NCBI GenBank assembly: GCA_964510585.1
Contig: CAZECW010000110.1
Span: 1 to 10,986, forward strand
Length of the DNA: 10,986 nt
Source of the DNA: an uncultured archaeon
GTDB lineage: Archaea > Asgardarchaeota > Jordiarchaeia > Jordiarchaeales > Jordiarchaeaceae
Reading direction: 5' to 3'
The position numbers were made by a program, and so were the translations under genes. Below the pieces are notes generated by a model, which was given only the letters and a program-made list of their open reading frames with translations, searched no databases and was not told the DNA's origin. Shown in pieces: positions 7,364 to 10,986 of the stretch; position 1 is the stretch's first letter; every line of letters starts with the position of its first letter.

Positions 7364-8497
7364 TTGTTGGTGTTTGTGTTGAGGGAAAGAAAATTGGAGC
7401 CTTTTGGAATTGAGCGTTGGTTCACAAAGTATGAATTGACCGTGGAAATCAACATTGCTGAGAGTGGAATTCAGCCCTTCACCCTTTCTGAGATTCTGGC
7501 CATGGCGGATGAGGACTTTTCGGAGATAAAGCTAGGGTATATTGAGAGTGGTGGTTCAAGAGAGTTGAGAGAATTAGTCAGCCTAACATATAAGGAAAAG
7601 AACTGGGAGAATGTGTTGGTCACTATTGGGGGGCTGGAAGCTAACTTCCTAGTATTCGGTGTCCTTGTTCAGGAGGGCGATGAAGTGGTGGTTGAGTTCC
7701 CGAATTATCAGCAGTTGTATTCGGTTCCCAAATTTTTTGGAGCTAAGATTATTCCTTGGATATTAAGAGAAGAGAAAGAGTATGTGCCTGATATTGAGCA
7801 GTTAAAAGAGTTGGTCTCCCCAAGAACTAAGATGATTGTGATAAATCATCCCCACAATCCCACAGGTTCCATAATTGATAATAAAGCGTTGAGGGAGATT
7901 TGTGAAATCGCCCAAGAAAACGGCGCTTATGTACTATCAGACGAAGTATACTTAGATCTCAAACTTGAGGGACATACTTTAGATGCTGCCTGCGATGTAA
8001 GCAGTAATGCGATTAGCGTGCAGAGTATGTCTAAATCTTATGGTTTGCCGGGAAGCAGAATAGGTTGGATCACCGCCTCCAAAGAAATAATCGAAAAGTG
8101 TAACGAGTTTAGGGAGTACGTCACCTTGTGCAGTAATGTTTTGGGGGAAAAATTGGCCATCATTGCCCTAAAGAATAGAGAAAAAATAATGGAGCGAAAT
8201 CGGCGCATCATAAAAACAAATTTTGAAATAGTTAAAAACTGGATAAAAAGGCATGACGAGCTAAGATGGGTGGTTCCCAGAGGCGGCGTGGTGGCTTTTC
8301 CCAGATACAACCTCCCCCTAGACTCAACTACGCTATGCAGCAGACTGGCAGAAGAAGAGAAAGTCTTGATTATTCCCGGAACACTCTTCGGAGATCAAGA
8401 CACTGAACACCACTTCCGCATAGGCTTCGGATACGAAACCGAGAAATTGATAAAGGGAATAGAAAGAATTGACCGCTTCCTCGAAAAAATAAAGTGA
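7364..8497 (+). CDS. PLP-dependent aminotransferase class I/II (aspartate/aromatic aminotransferase-like)
   Basis: 377 aa. NHPHNPTG, SDEVY and PLP-lysine motif SMSKSYGLPGSRIGW, plus FRIGFG. The true start may be TTG 7379 or TTG 7394 (GAGGGA upstream). Substrate not determinable. Confidence 0.9.
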   Translation: MLVFVLRERKLEPFGIERWFTKYELTVEINIAESGIQPFTLSEILAMADEDFSEIKLGYIESGGSRELRELVSLTYKEKNWENVLVTIGGLEANFLVFGVLVQEGDEVVVEFPNYQQLYSVPKFFGAKIIPWILREEKEYVPDIEQLKELVSPRTKMIVINHPHNPTGSIIDNKALREICEIAQENGAYVLSDEVYLDLKLEGHTLDAACDVSSNAISVQSMSKSYGLPGSRIGWITASKEIIEKCNEFREYVTLCSNVLGEKLAIIALKNREKIMERNRRIIKTNFEIVKNWIKRHDELRWVVPRGGVVAFPRYNLPLDSTTLCSRLAEEEKVLIIPGTLFGDQDTEHHFRIGFGYETEKLIKGIERIDRFLEKIK

Positions 8498-8656
8498 AAC
8501 TCTTCAAACAAAACAAGGAAGAGAAGAATATTTCTCAGTTTTACGGTTAGCTTTCGCTTCCATGCATTTCATAAAAAGTGGTGCAAACATTTTTCAGTTG
8601 AAACAAAAATCATGTGTAAATTTCCAGGACTGCAAAGGTAAACATTTAGAATGGAA

Positions 8657-9226
8657 TTAGAAGATTTTTCCTTTATATAGGCTTGTTGAGGGGCAGGCTA
8701 CACATTTTTCTTCTTGGTACTTTACACAGTTTTTACAGTCCACACCGCAGGGAGGTTTCACATATTCTCTCCTTGAGCCTATATTCAAATCGATGTAGGG
8801 GTCGTAGTAAAATTCTGCTACGGGGTAAAAGTCTGATCTGCGAATGCCCTTTTGGTTTCTCAGTGAGCACTTACCCATAGATATGCATTCCAGTGTGCTT
8901 TGATCTTCTGCGACTACTATTGCTATCAGGTTATATCCGCCCATGGACTTGAACATTTTCACTATTCGGGGACATTTTTGAAATTTTTCTATGATTTTCC
9001 TCATATCTTCTTCAGTCTCAATTTCAAGAAAAACTAGAGCTGGATAAAGGTTCATTAGGGAAGCATTCAGTAATGCCTTGTTTTTAATTACTCCGCTTTC
9101 GGTTAACTTGTCAAGCCTTTTTTTAACACCCATACTGGTGTACCCAATCTTTTTGCTTATCTCCTGAAGGGTAACTCTACCATTAATGCAAAGTTGTTCA
9201 ATTATTTTTTTGTCAACATCATCCAT
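8657..9226 (-). CDS. Lrp/AsnC family transcriptional regulator with Cys-rich C-terminal extension
   Basis: N-terminal MDDVDKKIIEQLCINGRVTLQEISKKIGYTSMGVKKRLDKLTESGVIK is an AsnC-type HTH. A RAM-like domain follows (GGYNLIAIVVAED), then the tail CGVDCKNCVKYQEEKCVACP. Confidence 0.88.
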   Translation of the reverse strand: MDDVDKKIIEQLCINGRVTLQEISKKIGYTSMGVKKRLDKLTESGVIKNKALLNASLMNLYPALVFLEIETEEDMRKIIEKFQKCPRIVKMFKSMGGYNLIAIVVAEDQSTLECISMGKCSLRNQKGIRRSDFYPVAEFYYDPYIDLNIGSRREYVKPPCGVDCKNCVKYQEEKCVACPSTSLYKGKIF

Positions 9227-9302
9227 TTTCCATCCCTGCTTAAACTAGTAGCCTCAGCTCACTCTCAACATTCAACTGTTAAATAGTATGTGTAGCTTAA
9301 TC

Positions 9303-9842
9303 TTATGGAGGCAGATTTTCCACCTCTCTTTTTAACTCATCAATTTTTTTACTTAAAAACTCTATTGCTTTTTCATTATTTACAAATTGTACAGGGTTTG
9401 AGCAAACTGGACACTTAAACCGGTATTCTACTGCTTCGTCGAAGGTGAGGTGAGGACAATTCTTGTTGCCGCAGTGGTAGAAAACATTTTCTCTTTCGTA
9501 TTCTAGTCTCTGCTTTAACTTGTCAATCACAAGCTTAGCCTTTTTCTTGTAGGTTTGAATGTTGGATTTTACCGGTAACAGCCTCCAAAGGTGTACAAAG
9601 TAGCTTGTTTTAGTATCCCGAACTCTGCGGTAGGTTGCAATACGCGCATCATAAAGTTTGTAAAGCGCTCTTCTCACACAATTAACACTCATATTCGCCT
9701 TAGACGCTATCTCCTCGTCGGTAGACTCACTGTCAACTGATAGATGCCGCAGGACTCTGAACATGTCCTCGTCGAAATCCTCCCCAATAATTGTCTCATA
9801 GAGGACACCAACAGTTTCATTCTCAACACTTGAAGCCATCAC
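9303..9842 (-). CDS. tfe: Transcription factor E, alpha subunit (TFE/TFIIE-alpha)
   Basis: 179 aa. Winged helix (TDEEIASK...VRRALYKLYD), W in HLWRL, ERENVFYHC and zinc ribbon C-x4-C...FKCPVC (LTFDEAVEYRFKCPVC). SD AGGAGG precedes the GTG/ATG start. Confidence 0.95.
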   Translation of the reverse strand: MMASSVENETVGVLYETIIGEDFDEDMFRVLRHLSVDSESTDEEIASKANMSVNCVRRALYKLYDARIATYRRVRDTKTSYFVHLWRLLPVKSNIQTYKKKAKLVIDKLKQRLEYERENVFYHCGNKNCPHLTFDEAVEYRFKCPVCSNPVQFVNNEKAIEFLSKKIDELKREVENLPP

Positions 9843-10024
9843 AATGTGCCCTCCTTTTTTCAGAACCCTCTAATGTTTTTATTTCACCTTGTTTATACAC
9901 AATTTTTAATCTCGTCTAATATATTTAAAAAATAAACATTTATTATTCTTTGTGGTTAAAATATAAACAATTATGAGCAGAAATATTTACATTGTAAATT
10001 CACGTTAGCAAGTTCATCAAAAAC

Positions 10025-10085
10025 TTTAAATAGTCTAATAACTATGTACGCTTGTACAAAAATAATTTTGTGCATATGCACAAAA
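10025..10085 (+). promoter_or_regulatory. TATA box plus perfect 20-bp palindromic operator upstream of the DUF5320-like/NifX operon
   Basis: TTTAAATA at 10025-10032, TGTAC-N4-GTACA at 10045-10058 and TTTTGTGCATATGCACAAAA at 10066-10085 (perfect palindrome), ending 14 nt before the ATG at 10100. Confidence 0.7.
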
Positions 10086-10099
10086 CTTCTTAAAATAGA

Positions 10100-10531
10100 A
10101 TGGAGATGAATTCCGTGGGGTTTAGAGGTCGAAGAAGAAACCCAGCCTGTTGGCGTAATGCACCAACAATAACAGCAACCCCTGTTGGCATCGGAAATCC
10201 AAACGTCAGAACCGTTCAGAGCCCTCCCATAACTCCAATTCCAGCGGGTTACAGGTATGTTGGACGCTGCCGATGCGGTTACGGTCCAAACGCTTACTAT
10301 CAAGCCCCAGATGGAAGTGTGGTTCCCGCCTACCAAATTTTTGGTGGAAGAATCGCACCGCCTCAAAGAGGTTCACCCACTGTTCCAAACAGCGCCATAG
10401 TAGATCAGGAGGAGAAGGCGCTGAAACAGCGATTAGAAAGCCTACAAGAAGAGATAGCAGAGGTTACAAACAAATTAGAGGAGTTGGAGGGTAAAAAGAA
10501 ACGATTTCCCTTCAGATGGTTGAAAAAATAG
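10100..10531 (+). CDS. DUF5320-like protein (Arg/Gly/Pro-rich N-terminus, CRCG motif, C-terminal coiled coil)
   Basis: 143 aa. YRYVGRCRCGYGPNAYY motif and heptad EEKALKQRLESLQEEIAEVTNKLEELE. It sits directly upstream of a NifB/NifX-family gene, the usual DUF5320 context. Family call from recall; the canonical N-terminal GDGTGP motif is not present. Confidence 0.65.
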   Translation: MEMNSVGFRGRRRNPACWRNAPTITATPVGIGNPNVRTVQSPPITPIPAGYRYVGRCRCGYGPNAYYQAPDGSVVPAYQIFGGRIAPPQRGSPTVPNSAIVDQEEKALKQRLESLQEEIAEVTNKLEELEGKKKRFPFRWLKK

Positions 10532-10573
10532 AATCTGAGGGTTATTTTAAAAAGTTAGGAGGATGCATTAATA

Positions 10574-10986
10574 ATGCCTAAAATAGCTGTTAGTTCTCAA
10601 ACACCTAATGGATTAGACGCCATAACTGACGCACGTTTTGGCAGATGCCCATTTTTCATCATCGTAGATCTAGACGGAAAAAAAATCAAAAATGTACAAT
10701 CTGTGGAGAATCCAGCCGTAAGCGCTTTTGGTGGGGCGGGTATCCAAGCCGCTCAATTTATGGCGAACAATAAAGTGAATGCAGTCATCTCTGGAAACTA
10801 TGGACCCAATGCTTTCAACGCCCTAGCAAGTCTTGGAATACAGGTTTACACGGGACCGGTAGGAGTAACGGTGCGAGAAGCTATCGAGGAATATATTTCA
10901 GGACGCCTAACCGAAGTTTCTGAGGCAACAGGTCCAGCCCACATGGGAATGGGAAGAGGCATGGGTATGGGAAGAGGTAAGGGTAT
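10574..10986 (+). CDS. NifB/NifX-family (dinitrogenase FeMo-cofactor biosynthesis-like, COG1433) protein, truncated by the window end
   Basis: ATG at 10574 with SD AGGAGG: MPKIAVSSQTPNGLDAITDARFGRCPFFIIVDLDGKKIKNVQSVENPAVSAFGGAGIQAAQFMANNKVNAVISGNYGPNAFNALASLGIQVYTGPVGVTVREAIEEYISGRLTEVSEATGPAHMGMGRGMGMGRGKG... RFGRCP, GAGIQAA and GPNA are family hallmarks. No stop in the window. Confidence 0.9.
   Translation, partial: MPKIAVSSQTPNGLDAITDARFGRCPFFIIVDLDGKKIKNVQSVENPAVSAFGGAGIQAAQFMANNKVNAVISGNYGPNAFNALASLGIQVYTGPVGVTVREAIEEYISGRLTEVSEATGPAHMGMGRGMGMGRGKG
10943..10986 (+). repeat. 18-bp coding tandem repeat (MGMGRG tail)
   Basis: ATGGGAATGGGAAGAGGC / ATGGGTATGGGAAGAGGT / AAGGGTAT (partial), encoding the Gly/Met/Arg tail of the NifX-family protein. 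Confidence 0.8.

Noticed and set aside
7330-7413. 27-aa ATG-initiated ORF overlapping the aminotransferase start (possible leader peptide)
   Set aside because: Very short, no distinctive amino-acid run, and likely chance given the G/T-rich composition.
8038-8880. ORFs 8038-8310 (-) and 8683-8880 (+), and 497-688 (-) elsewhere in the window
   Set aside because: Antisense or alternate-frame shadows of better-supported genes.
9971-10494. ORFs 9971-10366, 10206-10388 and 10273-10494
   Set aside because: They overlap the better-supported 10100-10531 gene and its promoter, and have no motifs.
10529-10576. DUF5320-like and NifX genes are in the same frame, separated only by two TAGs (10529, 10556), suggesting a read-through fusion
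   Set aside because: It would need two read-throughs, and the NifX gene has its own strong SD (AGGAGG) and a canonical N-terminus. Same-frame placement occurs by chance one time in three.
10574-10986. Evidence of nitrogen fixation
   Set aside because: COG1433 proteins are common in non-diazotrophs, and there are no nifH/D/K genes in the window.

Overview
Archaeal chromosomal window, judged from tfe, the archaeal-type glyA, iorAB and TATA-box promoters; the lineage cannot be determined from this sequence alone. Intact genes: iorA-iorB (2-oxoacid:ferredoxin oxidoreductase, indolepyruvate type), glyA, a class I/II PLP aminotransferase, an Lrp/AsnC regulator with a Cys-rich C-terminal tail, tfe (TFE alpha), and the start of a DUF5320-like + NifB/NifX-family operon preceded by a perfect 20-bp palindrome. 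The ORF track misses a 50-aa Cys-rich microprotein (6842-6994, minus strand) and the 3'-truncated NifX-family gene (10574 to end). Between the intact genes are decayed elements: a multiply frameshifted antitoxin/DUF6516(TumE)-like pair (4324-4894) and an interrupted membrane-protein gene (345-962) whose two halves are in frame across a single TAG. Strand composition (A/C-rich versus G/T-rich) also switches abruptly inside genes. No rRNA, tRNA, CRISPR array or transposase was recognised. I found no complete new system that I can demonstrate; the best leads are listed as findings.
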